The notes beneath the pieces were generated by a model that was not told where the DNA came from, searched no databases, and saw nothing but the letters and a program-made list of their open reading frames with translations. Shown here piece by piece: positions 47,183-58,084 of a DNA stretch of 64,000 nt. The position numbers and the translations under genes were made by a program. The first letter of the stretch is position 1; the number at the start of each line of letters is the position of its first letter. Source of the DNA: an uncultured Chthonomonadaceae bacterium (GTDB lineage: Bacteria; Armatimonadota; Chthonomonadetes; Chthonomonadales; Chthonomonadaceae); NCBI GenBank assembly GCA_963835065.1, contig CAWIEK010000049.1, forward strand, positions 416,001 through 480,000. Reading direction: 5' to 3'.

Positions 47183-48521
47183 ATGACCACGCTTGCACCC
47201 ACTAATAGCATTGACGCCTTTCGCGCCGATTTTGAACGCGCCTTGCAGGATGCAACCGGAAGTATTCCCGGCTGGCTGCGGCAGCATCGGCAGGCCGCGT
47301 TTAATCGCTTTGCCGACCTGGGCTTTCCCACGCGCCGCGATGAAGAATGGCGTTACACGGACATTCGCCCGATTGCCGACACTGCCTTTGCCGTGCCGGA
47401 ATACGCGCAGCAAAACGTGACTGCCGGGCAGATCGGCGACTTGTTCTTTCCCACGTTCAAGACAAATCGGCTCGTTTTCGTCAACGGGCGCTATTCTGCG
47501 GAATTGTCGCAAATTCAGGAACTGCCCGCAGGCGTTCGCATCGGCAGTCTGCGCGAGTTGGTACAAAACAACCCGGACGAGTACCAATCCGTTCTTGAAC
47601 ATCGGCAACACAACAGCAAAACGGCGTTTACCGCTCTGAATTTTGCCTTTTTTGAGGATGGCGCGTACATCCATATCCCGCGTAATGGCGTTGTCGCGGA
47701 CCCGATTATGCTGATTTATGTGTCCAACGCGGCTGCCACGCCAACGGCTTCGCATCCGCTCACGTTCATCAGCGCGGGAGAAAACAGTCAGGCGACTGTT
47801 ATTGAAACGTATCTCGGCGTTGGCGCGGATGTGTATCTTACCAACGCGGTCACGGAAATATCTGTCGGCGGAAAGCGCCGTTCTCGACCATATCAAGATC
47901 ACGCAGGAACTTGGGGGCGCGTACCACGTCGCCACAACCGACATCACCTTGGCGAGCAAAGCGAACTTCACGTCGCACAACATTACGCTTGGCGGGCAGA
48001 TCGTCCGCAATGATTTCAACGCCGATTTGCGCGGCGAAGGCATCGAATGTACGCTGAATGGCGTGTATCATGCCAAAGACAAGCAGTTGATAGATAACCA
48101 CACGTCTATTGACCATGCCCTGCCGCACTGCAACAGCCACGAACTGTACAAAGGCATTCTGGACGGCAAGGCGCGAGGCGTATTCAACGGCAAAATTTTC
48201 GTGCGCGAGGATGCGCAAAAAACCGACGCCAAGCAGACCAATCAGACGATGCTGCTGTCGCCTGACGCGACTATCAACACCAAGCCGCAATTGGAAATCT
48301 TTGCGGATGACGTGCGCTGTACGCACGGCGCAACCGTCGGGCAACTCAATCAGGAAGCGCTGTTTTATCTGCGGACGCGCGGCATCGGCAAAAACGAAGC
48401 CCGCGCCATGCTGACATTTGCCTTCGCCAACGACGTTGTAAGCCGTATCAAGGTCGGCCCGGTACGCCTGATGCTGGAACATCTGCTGCTGACCGCTCTG
48501 CGCAATTCCGGGGAAGTTTAG
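47183..48521 (+). CDS. sufD: SufD (frameshift at ~47870)
   Basis: EEWRYT in the first frame; KPQLEIFADDVRCTHGATVG in the second. Confidence 0.92.
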
Positions 48522-48657
48522 CCGCTAAATAGTTGATAGTTGATAGTTGGTAGTCCGATAGAGACGCGGCATCTACGGAAACTCTCAACTATCAACTATC
48601 AACTATCAACTGTGTGGTACACGCGAATGGATGCAGGAACGAGGAGAAGTTAAGGCT

Positions 48658-49929
48658 ATGACAATCACTTTGGAGCGGCCTGCGGCGACAGCGCCGGATA
48701 TAAATAGACTGCCGTATGATGTGCAGAAGGTACGCGCTGATTTTCCTATTCTGAACGAGCGCGTTCACGGCAAGCCGCTGGTCTATCTGGACAACGCCGC
48801 GACGACGCAAAAGCCGCAATCCGTGCTGGATACGCTGACGCATTACTATGAGCATGACAACGCCAACATTCATCGCGGCGTTCATCTTCTCAGCGAGCGG
48901 GCGACTCATGCTTATGAGCAGGCGCGGGTGAAGGTGCAGAAGTTTCTCAACGCCGCCAAATCGAACGAGATTATCTACGTCCGCAACGCGACTGAAGGCA
49001 TCAACCTTGTGGCGCAAACGTATGGGCGCAGGAACATCGGCGAAGGCGACGAGATCATTATTTCCGCGATGGAGCATCACTGCAACATCGTGCCCTGGCA
49101 AATGCTGTGCGAGGAAAAGGGCGCGAAGCTGCGCGTGATCCCGATGAACGACGCGGGCGAACTGCTGCTGGATGAGTACGAAAAACTGATTACGCCGCGC
49201 ACCAAGTTCGTGTCCATCGTTCACATGTCCAACGCGCTCGGCACGATCAATCCGGTCAAGCAGATGATTGACACGGCCCATGCCAACGGGATTCCGGTTT
49301 TGGTGGACGCGGCGCAATCCGCGTACCATATTCCGCTCGACGTGCAGGCGTTGGACTGCGATTTTCTCGTTTTTTCCGGGCATAAATTGTACGGCCCAAC
49401 CGGAATCGGCGTACTCTACGGCAAGGAAGAGTTCTTGAATGCCATGCCCCCCTGGATGGGCGGCGGCGACATGATCCGCTCCGTGACGTTCGAGAAAACC
49501 ACGTACAACGCCCTGCCCTACAAATTCGAGGCGGGAACGCCCCATATCGCAGGCGGCATCGGCCTGGGCGCGGCCATTGACTACCTGAACCAATTGGGCA
49601 TGGATCGCCTTGCCGGTCACGAGCATGAGCTGCTGGAATACGGCACGGACGCGCTGCAAACGGTTCCCGGCCTGACCCTGATTGGAACCGCAGCGGCAAA
49701 GGCAAGCGTATTTTCCTTTGTGCTGGAAGGCGTCCACCCGCACGATATTGGAACCATTCTGGATCAGGAAGGCATCGCCATACGGACGGGCCACCATTGC
49801 GCGCAGCCCGTGATGCAGCGGTATTCCATTCCCGCCACTGCCCGCGCGTCCCTGGCCTGCTACAATACCAAAGAGGAAATAGATGTGCTGGTACGCGGCC
49901 TGAATCGCGTTGCGGAGGTAATGGGCTGA
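48658..49929 (+). CDS. sufS: Cysteine desulfurase SufS
   Basis: YLDNAATTQKP, SGHKLYGP, RTGHHCA. Confidence 0.96.
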   Translation: MTITLERPAATAPDINRLPYDVQKVRADFPILNERVHGKPLVYLDNAATTQKPQSVLDTLTHYYEHDNANIHRGVHLLSERATHAYEQARVKVQKFLNAAKSNEIIYVRNATEGINLVAQTYGRRNIGEGDEIIISAMEHHCNIVPWQMLCEEKGAKLRVIPMNDAGELLLDEYEKLITPRTKFVSIVHMSNALGTINPVKQMIDTAHANGIPVLVDAAQSAYHIPLDVQALDCDFLVFSGHKLYGPTGIGVLYGKEEFLNAMPPWMGGGDMIRSVTFEKTTYNALPYKFEAGTPHIAGGIGLGAAIDYLNQLGMDRLAGHEHELLEYGTDALQTVPGLTLIGTAAAKASVFSFVLEGVHPHDIGTILDQEGIAIRTGHHCAQPVMQRYSIPATARASLACYNTKEEIDVLVRGLNRVAEVMG

Positions 49930-50383
49930 TGTCGGAACTGCGCGATCTGTATCAGGAAGTGATTTTAGATCACAACAAGCGGCCCCGCAACTTCGGCGCG
50001 CTGCCCGACGCCACGCGCCACGCGGACGGCCACAATCCCTTATGCGGCGACCAAATTTCCGTATCCGTAAAGCTGAACGGCGACCTTATCGAGGACATAC
50101 GCTTTGAGGGACAGGGCTGCGCTATTTCCAAAGCGTCGGCTCCATGATGACGGCGGAACTGAAAGGCAAAACGCTTGCGGAAGCGGAAAGCATCTTCGGC
50201 GTGTTTCACGAAATGGTCGCCGGCCCGCAGGAATTGGAAGAAGACGAAATCGAAGCGTTGGGCAAATTGGCGGTCTTTTCCGGCGTCCGCGAATACCCCG
50301 CCCGCGTGAAATGCGCCAGCCTCGCCTGGCACACCCTTCACGCCGCCCTGGAAAATCAAGAGATGCCGGTGACGACAGAGTAG
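49929..50383 (+). CDS. sufU: SufU scaffold/sulfur-transfer protein (frameshift at ~50143)
   Basis: LYQEVILDH, NPLCGD and GCAISKAS, then MMT...RVKCASLAW in another frame. Confidence 0.92.
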
Positions 50384-50481
50384 GGATTAGGGATTAGGGG
50401 TTCGGGATTAGGAACATGCCGCTGCTGCTTTCTGCCTTCACACCCCTATATTCCCTTAATCCCTAATCCCTGGAGTTCTCT

Positions 50482-50808
50482 ATGGAACTATCCCCGATTG
50501 AAAAAACCGTATTGGAAGGCGAGATTATTGAGGCGATTCGGACGGTGTACGACCCCGAAATTCCCGTCAATGTCTACGACCTGGGCCTGATTTATAACAT
50601 TGACATCAGTTCGCAAGCCGATGTTCACATCCAAATGACGCTGACCTCGCCCGGCTGCCCGGTGGCGGGTACGCTGCCGCCGGAAGTGGAAGAAAAGGCG
50701 GAAAGCGTTCCCGGCGTCCGCGAAGCAAGCGTAGAAATCGTGTGGGAACCCCAGTGGAACATGGACATGATGACCGACGAGGCCAAACTGGATTTGGGAC
50801 TGTTTTAG
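50482..50808 (+). CDS. DUF59/SufT (MIP18 family) Fe-S assembly protein
   Basis: DPEIPVNVYDLGLIY, MTLTSPGCP. Confidence 0.93.
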   Translation: MELSPIEKTVLEGEIIEAIRTVYDPEIPVNVYDLGLIYNIDISSQADVHIQMTLTSPGCPVAGTLPPEVEEKAESVPGVREASVEIVWEPQWNMDMMTDEAKLDLGLF

Positions 50809-50832
50809 ACGCAACACGGTTCAAATAAGAAC

Positions 50833-50946
50833 CCGTAGGGACACAACATGTTGTGTCCTCCTCTGGTACATATTGTGTCCTTCTCCGGTAGAGGAAAGCG
50901 CGGACACGGTATAGAAGCGCGGACACAACATGTTGTGTCCCTACGG
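50833..50946. repeat. GTAG-type REP pair (REPIN-like)
   Basis: Perfect 26-bp inverted arms CCGTAGGGACACAACATGTTGTGTCC, each internally palindromic. Confidence 0.8.
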
Positions 50947-50972
50947 CATTTTATTGGGTTGAGGAGACGAAC

Positions 50973-51341
50973 ATGAGCGATACTTTAGAAGCGGTAAACG
51001 CAACCACGGCGGTGCTGACGCTGACGCCGAACGCGGTGCGGCAGGTAAAGTTTCTGATTAACAAGCAGGGCAATCCGAACCTCGGCCTGCGGGTCGGCGT
51101 CAAGGGCGGCGGCTGTTCCGGCCTATCCTATACCATGACGCTGGACGCAAACACAACCGAACGCGATCTGGTAACGGAAATTGACGGGATTAACGTAATC
51201 GTAGACCGCCGCGCCGTCAAGTTTTTGGAAGGCACAATGCTGGACTACTCCACCAAAAACCTGCTGGAAGGCGGCTGGCAGTGGAGCAACCCCAACGCGC
51301 AGCGCAGTTGCGGCTGCGGCACATCCTTCACGCCGAAATAG
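50973..51341 (+). CDS. A-type Fe-S carrier (IscA/SufA/HesB family)
   Basis: GGGCSGLSY, NPNAQRSCGCGTSF. Confidence 0.95.
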   Translation: MSDTLEAVNATTAVLTLTPNAVRQVKFLINKQGNPNLGLRVGVKGGGCSGLSYTMTLDANTTERDLVTEIDGINVIVDRRAVKFLEGTMLDYSTKNLLEGGWQWSNPNAQRSCGCGTSFTPK

Positions 51342-51412
51342 TCTAATCCAACATTTGACGGGGCATGAAGGAATTTAGCTGCTCTTAGTTTTACTTTTAC
51401 TCTTCTTATCCT

Positions 51413-51619
51413 TCAACTTCCATGCAAAACAGACTTCAAGAAACCTAAAGTAAAGCCTATGAAGTAGCATCCAATCCGCATCGCCCAAAAAGTGAAACCA
51501 TGTACAGGAACAAAGGCTGTAACCAAACACTCCAGTAGCCAGCCTTGCAAAATTCCTAATCCTGCTATCGTTATATAGAGGACGAATACAAGCCCTTCGT
51601 TTGGCATCCAGCACCTCAT
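51413..51619 (-). CDS. Small AT-rich hydrophobic ORF
   Basis: Two TM-like segments; weak support. Confidence 0.3.
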   Translation of the reverse strand: MRCWMPNEGLVFVLYITIAGLGILQGWLLECLVTAFVPVHGFTFWAMRIGCYFIGFTLGFLKSVLHGS

Positions 51620-51705
51620 AGGTCTTCAGAACTGATTAGAATTAGGGGAACAGCCCTACGCGCTTGCGTAAGGCTGTTTTGTTTCAGTCAGCTTTGAGAT
51701 GAATT

Positions 51706-52372
51706 TTACAAAGTAAAGGAGCCGTAGAAGGCGGTATTCTGATCCTTCTTTTCCCATGCGGAGCCGAGCGTTTTGTCGGCGATGCCGCTGGTTCGGGTGA
51801 AGCCGACACGACGGTCTTTCAGTTCCACAAGGGGCTTGTACCAGACGAGATGCGGCAGGGTGCAGCACTCGCGGTTGGGCATGGCCTCCACATTCAGCGT
51901 CGTCACGCCTTTTGCTTCCACCGCAAACGCTTCGTTCTTGCGCGTGAACACAATCGAAACACGCTTCACGTCCACCACTTTGCCTAGCGATTGCGCGTAC
52001 TTTGTTTTCAGCGCGTCCGCCAATGCGAGTGCCTGCGCGGGAGTGGCGCTGGAATCAATGTACAAAATGGAGCGCCGCTCGGCCTGCTCGTCTATCAGGT
52101 TGGCCTCACTGACAACAGAAGCGACTGCCGACAGGCCGTTCAGCAAAGTTCCGTTCCACGCGCCTTCGCGGATGTGCCACACCATTTCCGCTTCGCGCCC
52201 GGTTGTGGTCAGTTCGCCGTTGTAGTGACACGCGCCCGCAAACACGCTGGCCGTCCGCGCTTCCACGTAATCGCCCGCAAGATGGTTTGCCGCGCTTGTT
52301 GCCCGTCGGGGCCGCAAGTGTTGCCGTGCCGGACGCGCACAACAGGGACAGAGCCAATAAAGATTGTCGCAT
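51706..52372 (-). CDS. Secreted DUF1326-like protein (frameshift near 52300)
   Basis: Signal MRQSLLALSLL with GAGGAG SD in one frame; GDYVEARTASVFAGACHYNGE in another. Confidence 0.65.
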
Positions 52373-52549
52373 ACGTTTGTTCTCCTCAACGCGAAAAGTC
52401 GCTGCACTTGTCCCTATTATATCACGTTTGCTTCCCGGCTGTTTGTCTTGAACCATGATTTATGTGATTTTGATGATTACCATGAGAAACGCGCCTTCTC
52501 AATCATGGTAATCCTGAAAATCATGGTTCAAGACAAAACGCGCAAGCCG

Positions 52550-52759
52550 TCACTCCGCAAACAGCGACTTATAACAGGGTCTGTCCGGCTTGCAGTCGCC
52601 GGCATGGGCGCGTTCGCCGTCCGGCCCAATGGCCTGCATAGTAAGGCTGCACCAGCAATGGTTGGTCACATCCAGCAGGTGATCCTCTTCAGTAGGCATT
52701 TCCTGCAAAAAGTAATATTTCTTGCTGCGCAGTTCCCGGCAGAAGGGACTCGTCACCAC
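52550..52759 (-). CDS. Small Cys-rich protein
   Basis: CRELRSK...CWC...GPD...C...CY; GGGAG SD. Confidence 0.6.
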   Translation of the reverse strand: MVTSPFCRELRSKKYYFLQEMPTEEDHLLDVTNHCWCSLTMQAIGPDGERAHAGDCKPDRPCYKSLFAE

Positions 52760-52951
52760 TTCTTCGTGTCCACTCCCCTGTGCCGCTTGCCGTCCGTGCC
52801 TGTAGGCCGGATTCTACTGTCCGCTCATCCGTTTCCATCAAGTTTGCCATGTGCTTGCTGCTTTCCACATTCGCGTTTATTCGCGTTCATTCGCGGCTAA
52901 AGTTCTTCCCGTATTTTTAGTTTGTTCCGCGTATTTCGCGGTTCTCTAATC

Positions 52952-53947
52952 CTAGGCAATCGCCTGCTGTATGGCGCGGCGTACCAGCGTTTTGGTCAGG
53001 GGCACTTTGTAGCCGTTTTGCGCGAGGGGTATCGCACCGGCAAGGGCGGCTTCGGCTACCGCGTGAAGCGTGTCCGCGTTGACGGCTTTGCCTTTGAGCG
53101 CGGCTTCGGCTTTGGGCGCGCGCCACGGAATGGGAGCCACGCCGCCAAGCACGATCCGCGAATCCGTCACTTTGCCCCCACTGACCGTGAGCGCAACCGC
53201 GCAGGCCGACATCGCCCAATCCATAGACATCTTTTCGCGGAACTTCAGGTACGCGCTATGCGCGGCAAGCGGCGAGGCGGGAACCAGTATCGCCGTGACG
53301 ATCTCATTAGGCTTGAGAATGTTTTCCCGCAGGACGTTTTTGGTCGGCAGAATAAAGAACTGCTCCAACAGCACGTTGCGCGTTCCCGTTGGCCCGGCAA
53401 TCGTTACGCTTGCGCCGAGCGCCACAAGCGCCGTTGCCGTGTCGGACGGATGCACGATAAACGACGGTCCACCGCCCAAGATGGCGTTGTACTTGTTCTC
53501 GCCCGCCGCCGCATAGCACCGGTCGCCGCCTTTTTTCAGGCACACGATATGCTCGTTACGGTAATACCAGCAGCGCGGGCGCTGGCATAAATTCCCGCCC
53601 ATCGTACCCGCATGGCGTATCTGCGGCGAACCGATCACTTCCGCCGCCTGCGCCAGCGCGGGGAAATACTGACGCGCGGGCTGAAATTCGGCCACTTCCG
53701 CCACTTTGACGAGCGCCCCGATATGCAGCCCCGTTTTACCGTCGTAGTGTATGGTGTCTAAGCCGGGGATATGTTTCAGGTTGACAACGGCCTCCGGCTC
53801 AACCAGATGGTCTTTCATTTCCGTCAGCAAGTCCTGCCCGCCCGCCATCACGCGGATGCGGCGATTGCCGACGTCTTGCGCATCCAAAAGGCTGATCGCC
53901 TCCTTGACGCTGCCGGGATTATGCAAATCAAACGAGTTCATGCTCAT
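52952..53947 (-). CDS. Xanthine dehydrogenase family FAD subunit (PaoB/YagS-like)
   Basis: AGGQDLL, GTMGGNLCQRPRCWYYR, HPSD, LGGVAPIPWR. Confidence 0.93.
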   Translation of the reverse strand: MSMNSFDLHNPGSVKEAISLLDAQDVGNRRIRVMAGGQDLLTEMKDHLVEPEAVVNLKHIPGLDTIHYDGKTGLHIGALVKVAEVAEFQPARQYFPALAQAAEVIGSPQIRHAGTMGGNLCQRPRCWYYRNEHIVCLKKGGDRCYAAAGENKYNAILGGGPSFIVHPSDTATALVALGASVTIAGPTGTRNVLLEQFFILPTKNVLRENILKPNEIVTAILVPASPLAAHSAYLKFREKMSMDWAMSACAVALTVSGGKVTDSRIVLGGVAPIPWRAPKAEAALKGKAVNADTLHAVAEAALAGAIPLAQNGYKVPLTKTLVRRAIQQAIA

Positions 53948-54017
53948 ATTTTATCTCACTGCCATGCCGCGCCCGATGGCTGTACGGCAAAAATCCTTGT
54001 GCGCGACATGGGACACG

Positions 54018-54650
54018 TCAGCGCATTGCCCACCGCCGCAGATAAAACAACACCTGCCCGACAGCCAGCAGCAGCCCGCCGAGTATCATGGCAATCCCCA
54101 GGCCAAGCGACGGATGTTTGCCTTCCTGAAGGAGGACATAATTGGGCGCAAGCGAGTTGTCCAGTTTCGCCAGTTCCGCGCGGGTTGTCGTGTCTTCGTT
54201 CAAGCCGGTTTTCAGCATACCTTCGACGTCTCGCTTCGGGAATACGCGCTCCTTGTTGTCGGTGAGGTATTTCAGAGCCGCCTTGTCGTCCGTGATGCCC
54301 CGCGTGTCCCGAACCGTGTCCAGAATCGCCGGGTCAGTTGTTTCTACGAGCAGCAAGGTTTTCACGTCCTTGTCACTCAGCAGGTCATCTTCAGAAATAA
54401 TCGGCACGAACGCTTTCTTGAGGGTGTGGGTGGTTTTGTCTTCCTCGAACGCGGCGTCCGTCACGTTAAGCTGCGCGTTCTTGATGTGGAACCAGCCCTC
54501 TTTCGGCATCTCTTTCTTGAACTGCTCGAAGGTGAGTTCGCGCGCAGAGCGGAAGCGCAGGCTTTCCGTAGTCTCGATATAGCCAAACAGCAGCAGACAC
54601 CCCGTAGCGATAATTGCTCCAAGCGCAAGACGAATAGAAATTCCTCGCAT
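54018..54650 (-). CDS. Two-TM hypothetical protein inside the molybdoenzyme operon
   Basis: AAGGAG SD; N- and C-terminal TM segments. Confidence 0.7.
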   Translation of the reverse strand: MRGISIRLALGAIIATGCLLLFGYIETTESLRFRSARELTFEQFKKEMPKEGWFHIKNAQLNVTDAAFEEDKTTHTLKKAFVPIISEDDLLSDKDVKTLLLVETTDPAILDTVRDTRGITDDKAALKYLTDNKERVFPKRDVEGMLKTGLNEDTTTRAELAKLDNSLAPNYVLLQEGKHPSLGLGIAMILGGLLLAVGQVLFYLRRWAMR

Positions 54651-54785
54651 GTCAGTCTCCTTACCGGCAGCGTGATGCCAGCCACAAGCCTTCTTCAGAA
54701 TAGACAGGATTAAGTAAGATTCAAAGATCAGTTTTTCCCTATCTCCCCCTTCTCCTCTCCCCGTGTCCCCCGTGTTCCCCGTGGT

Positions 54786-57029
54786 TTATGATTTCTTCCG
54801 GCGCATTGCTTCCAGCCCGTCCAGAATTTTGTCGGGCGTGATGGGCAGGCTGTTGACGCGGATGCCGCAGGCATTGTAAACCGCGTTGGCAATCGCGCTT
54901 GCGCCCGGAATAGCGGCAGGTTCGGCCATGCCGATGACCACGTCGCGGGTGTCGCCGTCGTCAATCAGCGGGATCATTTCGGGCATTTCCAGACAGCCGG
55001 GCAGTTTGTACTCGTCCATTGTAAGGTTGAGCATGTTGCCCGTATACTCGTCTACGACGTGCTTTTCCAGTAGCGCATAACCCAACGCCTGTATCATGCC
55101 GCCGTTAAGTTGGCTTTGCACGGCGCGGCGGTTGAGCGGCAGGCCGCAGTCCTGTACTCCGACCATTTTCAACACGCGGACTTGCCCCGTATCCAGATCA
55201 ACTTCCACTTCGGCAAACTGCGCCCCATGTATGCCGCCGCCCGACAGTCCCGGCTTCCATTCGCCATGCGCGGCAAGCCCGCTCGCGCCCAATGTCGCGC
55301 AGGCTTGTTTCCACGTCAAGGCTTTGTTCGGGTTTTGTTTGGCGTAGATTTTGCCGCCTTCGGCAACCAAATCTTCCGGTTTGGCGTTCAGGGCGGGAGC
55401 CACTTTTGCGAACATCAGCAGGCGGGCGTTGTATGCGGCATCTTTTACGGCAGGCGCGAGGGAAGCCGTTGTCGTGCTGCCGCCGGATGGATTGGACATG
55501 CCATACGTGCTGCGCCCGATCCGCGCTTCGACAGATTTCAGCGGCAGCCCGAACTCTTCAGCGACAATCGCCGAGATATATGTGCGTGTTCCCGTGCCTA
55601 AATCCTGCGAGCCGACCTGCGCCACAATGGTTCCGTCCGACTTGATGAACACGTCTACCTGATTGGATGGCCCGCCGCCGCCGCCCCATGTCGCCATGCC
55701 GCAGCCCATGCCGCGCTTGCACGACTTGTATTTTCCAGACAGTTCACCGCCACCGGGTGTCTTGGGGCGCTTTTCCCATCCAATCTCTTTCGCGCCCATG
55801 TCCAATTGCCGATGAAACGCCATATCCTGCGTGTTCTTTTTGCGGAACTCAATCGGGTCCATGTTGATTTTGGCGGCAAGGTCGTCTACGAGCGATTCCA
55901 TCGCAAACGACACCTGCGGATGCCCCGGCCCGCGCATGGACAATGACGAATCCTGATGCGTGTTGACGTGCGACTTGTCCCGGTAGACGTTTTCCACGCG
56001 ATAAATGTACGGCAGCCCCGCCAATCCGCCCTGCCCTAAGCCGCCCAATTCGTACTGCTCGGTGCGCAGGGCGATCAATCTGCCGTCTTTGCTTGCGCCC
56101 GCTTTTACCTTTTGCACGGCTCCGTTGCGGTTGCCGCCCATGAGAAACTCTTCGGGCCGGTTCAGCATTAACTTCACGGGCGCTTTGGCCTGCTTGCTCA
56201 GTTGGCAGGCGACACCGCCGGGTAGCATCAGGCCGAACTTGCTGCCGAACCCGCCGCCCATATGTTCCACAACGGAAACCACATTGGGCGCTTTCAGTCC
56301 CAACGCGCTCGCCGCTTCGCCCGGTATGGAAAACGTCCACTGCGTACTGGCGTAAACCGTTGCCGTATCGCCGCCCCGGTAATCCACGACAACGCCATGC
56401 GTTTCCAGACACACGTGATGCTGCATCGTGATTTCGTATTCGGCTTCCACAATCGCGTCGCAATGCTCGAACGCCTTGTCCACGTCCTTCAAGTCGCCGC
56501 GCTTTTCGTCGTTTTGGACGTTGCCTTTTTGCCCGCGCTTGTACACTTCCGGCGCATCGGGTCGAATGGCCTGCGCATACGTAACCGCGTGAGGCCGCTT
56601 CTTGTACTCGACTTTAATAGCGCGTATGGCATCTTCGGCGATTTCGGGCGTAATGGCGGCAACGGCGGCAATCGGGTCGCCCTCGTACTTGGCTTCCTTC
56701 TTGCCCATGTTGATAACGGCCTTGACGCCGCTCATCTTCTCCGCCGCGCTCGTATCCACGCTGACGACTTCGGCGCTGGCATGGGGCGAATGGAGGATGC
56801 GCCCGTACAACATGCCCGGAACCCGCACGTCATACGTATACTTCGCCATGCCGCTTGCTTTGGCCGGCCCGTCCAATCGCTCCAGATCGGTGTTGAGCAG
56901 TTTGTGGCTGCCCCGCGCCCCCCAGGTCAGCCCGCCCACATCGTCAACTTCGATCTCCACGAGCGTATCCTGCCCGTTGACGACGCGCGGCACTTTTATC
57001 TTTTTCTTTTTCGGCGGTGTTGTTTGCAT
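54786..57029 (-). CDS. Xanthine dehydrogenase family molybdopterin subunit (PaoC/YagR-like)
   Basis: MGGGFGSK, MRGPG, QDLGTG, SGGS, GMAE. Confidence 0.95.
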   Translation of the reverse strand: MQTTPPKKKKIKVPRVVNGQDTLVEIEVDDVGGLTWGARGSHKLLNTDLERLDGPAKASGMAKYTYDVRVPGMLYGRILHSPHASAEVVSVDTSAAEKMSGVKAVINMGKKEAKYEGDPIAAVAAITPEIAEDAIRAIKVEYKKRPHAVTYAQAIRPDAPEVYKRGQKGNVQNDEKRGDLKDVDKAFEHCDAIVEAEYEITMQHHVCLETHGVVVDYRGGDTATVYASTQWTFSIPGEAASALGLKAPNVVSVVEHMGGGFGSKFGLMLPGGVACQLSKQAKAPVKLMLNRPEEFLMGGNRNGAVQKVKAGASKDGRLIALRTEQYELGGLGQGGLAGLPYIYRVENVYRDKSHVNTHQDSSLSMRGPGHPQVSFAMESLVDDLAAKINMDPIEFRKKNTQDMAFHRQLDMGAKEIGWEKRPKTPGGGELSGKYKSCKRGMGCGMATWGGGGGPSNQVDVFIKSDGTIVAQVGSQDLGTGTRTYISAIVAEEFGLPLKSVEARIGRSTYGMSNPSGGSTTTASLAPAVKDAAYNARLLMFAKVAPALNAKPEDLVAEGGKIYAKQNPNKALTWKQACATLGASGLAAHGEWKPGLSGGGIHGAQFAEVEVDLDTGQVRVLKMVGVQDCGLPLNRRAVQSQLNGGMIQALGYALLEKHVVDEYTGNMLNLTMDEYKLPGCLEMPEMIPLIDDGDTRDVVIGMAEPAAIPGASAIANAVYNACGIRVNSLPITPDKILDGLEAMRRKKS

Positions 57030-57144
57030 GGTAAACCTCAGAGGTTTCAGGTTTCAGGTGTCAGGTGTCAGGGAAATGCTTTCTCCATATAAACTTTGAC
57101 AAGAGCAAAGACGTTCTTCCCTGACACCTGAAACCTGAAACCTT

Positions 57145-57800
57145 CTACCCTTTCTTCGCCGCAGCCAGGGCCGCTTCAAAAATATGCGGATACGTTCCGC
57201 AGCGACAGACGTTGCCCGCGCAGGCTTTTTGCACGTCCTCGCGGGTCGGGTTCGGGTTGTGCTGCAAAAGCGCGTGGATGGACGTGATAAACCGGGCGTA
57301 CAAAAGCCGCACATCAGGGCGTCATGCTCCACGAACGCCTGCTGTACGGGGCTGAGTTGGCCGCTTGGCGTCAGCATCCCCTCTACAGTGGTGATCTGTT
57401 TTCCGGCCACGTCTACCGCTAATAACATGCAGGCATACATGGTTTTGCCGTCCACCAGCACGGTACACGCGCCACACGCGCCCTGATCGCATACCAGTTT
57501 GGGGCCGGTCACGGGCGGCTCGGCATGGTTGCGCAGGGCGTTGACAAGGGTAGTGCGCGGCTCAACCTGCATCGTCATAGCCTTGCCGTTGACATTGAGC
57601 GTGACGTTCTGAAAGCCTTTTTTCAGCGTTGCGGTTTCCGCCGCTTTGCCGAGGGGCGCGGCGTCCGCTTCTTTGGGCAGCAGAAGTTCCGCGCCCAGCG
57701 TGGTTCCGGCTCCGGCCACGCCCAGCCCGCGTAAAAATTGGCGGCGATTGACGCCGTTGGTTGGTTTATCGTTGGGTTCGTTTGGTTCGTTATCCGGCAT
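57145..57800 (-). CDS. Tat-exported 2Fe-2S subunit (PaoA/YagT-like; frameshift at ~57290)
   Basis: NRRQFL Tat motif; CDQGACGAC and CGFCTPG, then GNVCRCGTY in the shifted frame (one T missing in a T run). Confidence 0.9.
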
Positions 57801-57839
57801 AAACGTGTCTTTCGCTGCGGTCATAGAATGGAAAGTGTT

Positions 57840-57945
57840 CAAGCGCCTTTCCCAAAAGGGCGGCATTGGCGTCTGTAGGACGCTTGACCTTTCCTGCCGG
57901 GTACTTTCAGTACCCGGCCAACGGGGAGAGGCTCTCAGATGCAAA
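57840..57945 (-). promoter_or_regulatory. Candidate Moco-riboswitch-like leader RNA
   Basis: 10-bp stem with GAAA in the loop region, plus terminal GCCGCCC-TTTTG-GGAAAGGCG similar to the Moco motif GCCUCCC...GGAAAGG; lies upstream of the molybdoenzyme operon. Confidence 0.4.
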
Positions 57946-58084
57946 ACAGACAAAACGCATCAAGGAAATATGTAGATGCCATTCTCCTGCGTAGATACGC
58001 TGTGGAACAGGCAAATTCCTTCACTTACGGGAAAAAGAAGTATTTTTTTCTACGCGCCCTGCCGTTCTATTCAGGTCACAAGGA

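Noticed and set aside
46800..50150. Programmed frameshifting or pseudogenisation of sufC, sufD and sufU
   Set aside because: Single-base indels in short runs with intact flanking protein and no slippery heptamer. The same pattern occurs at ~52300 and ~57290, so assembly error is more likely; read polishing would decide.
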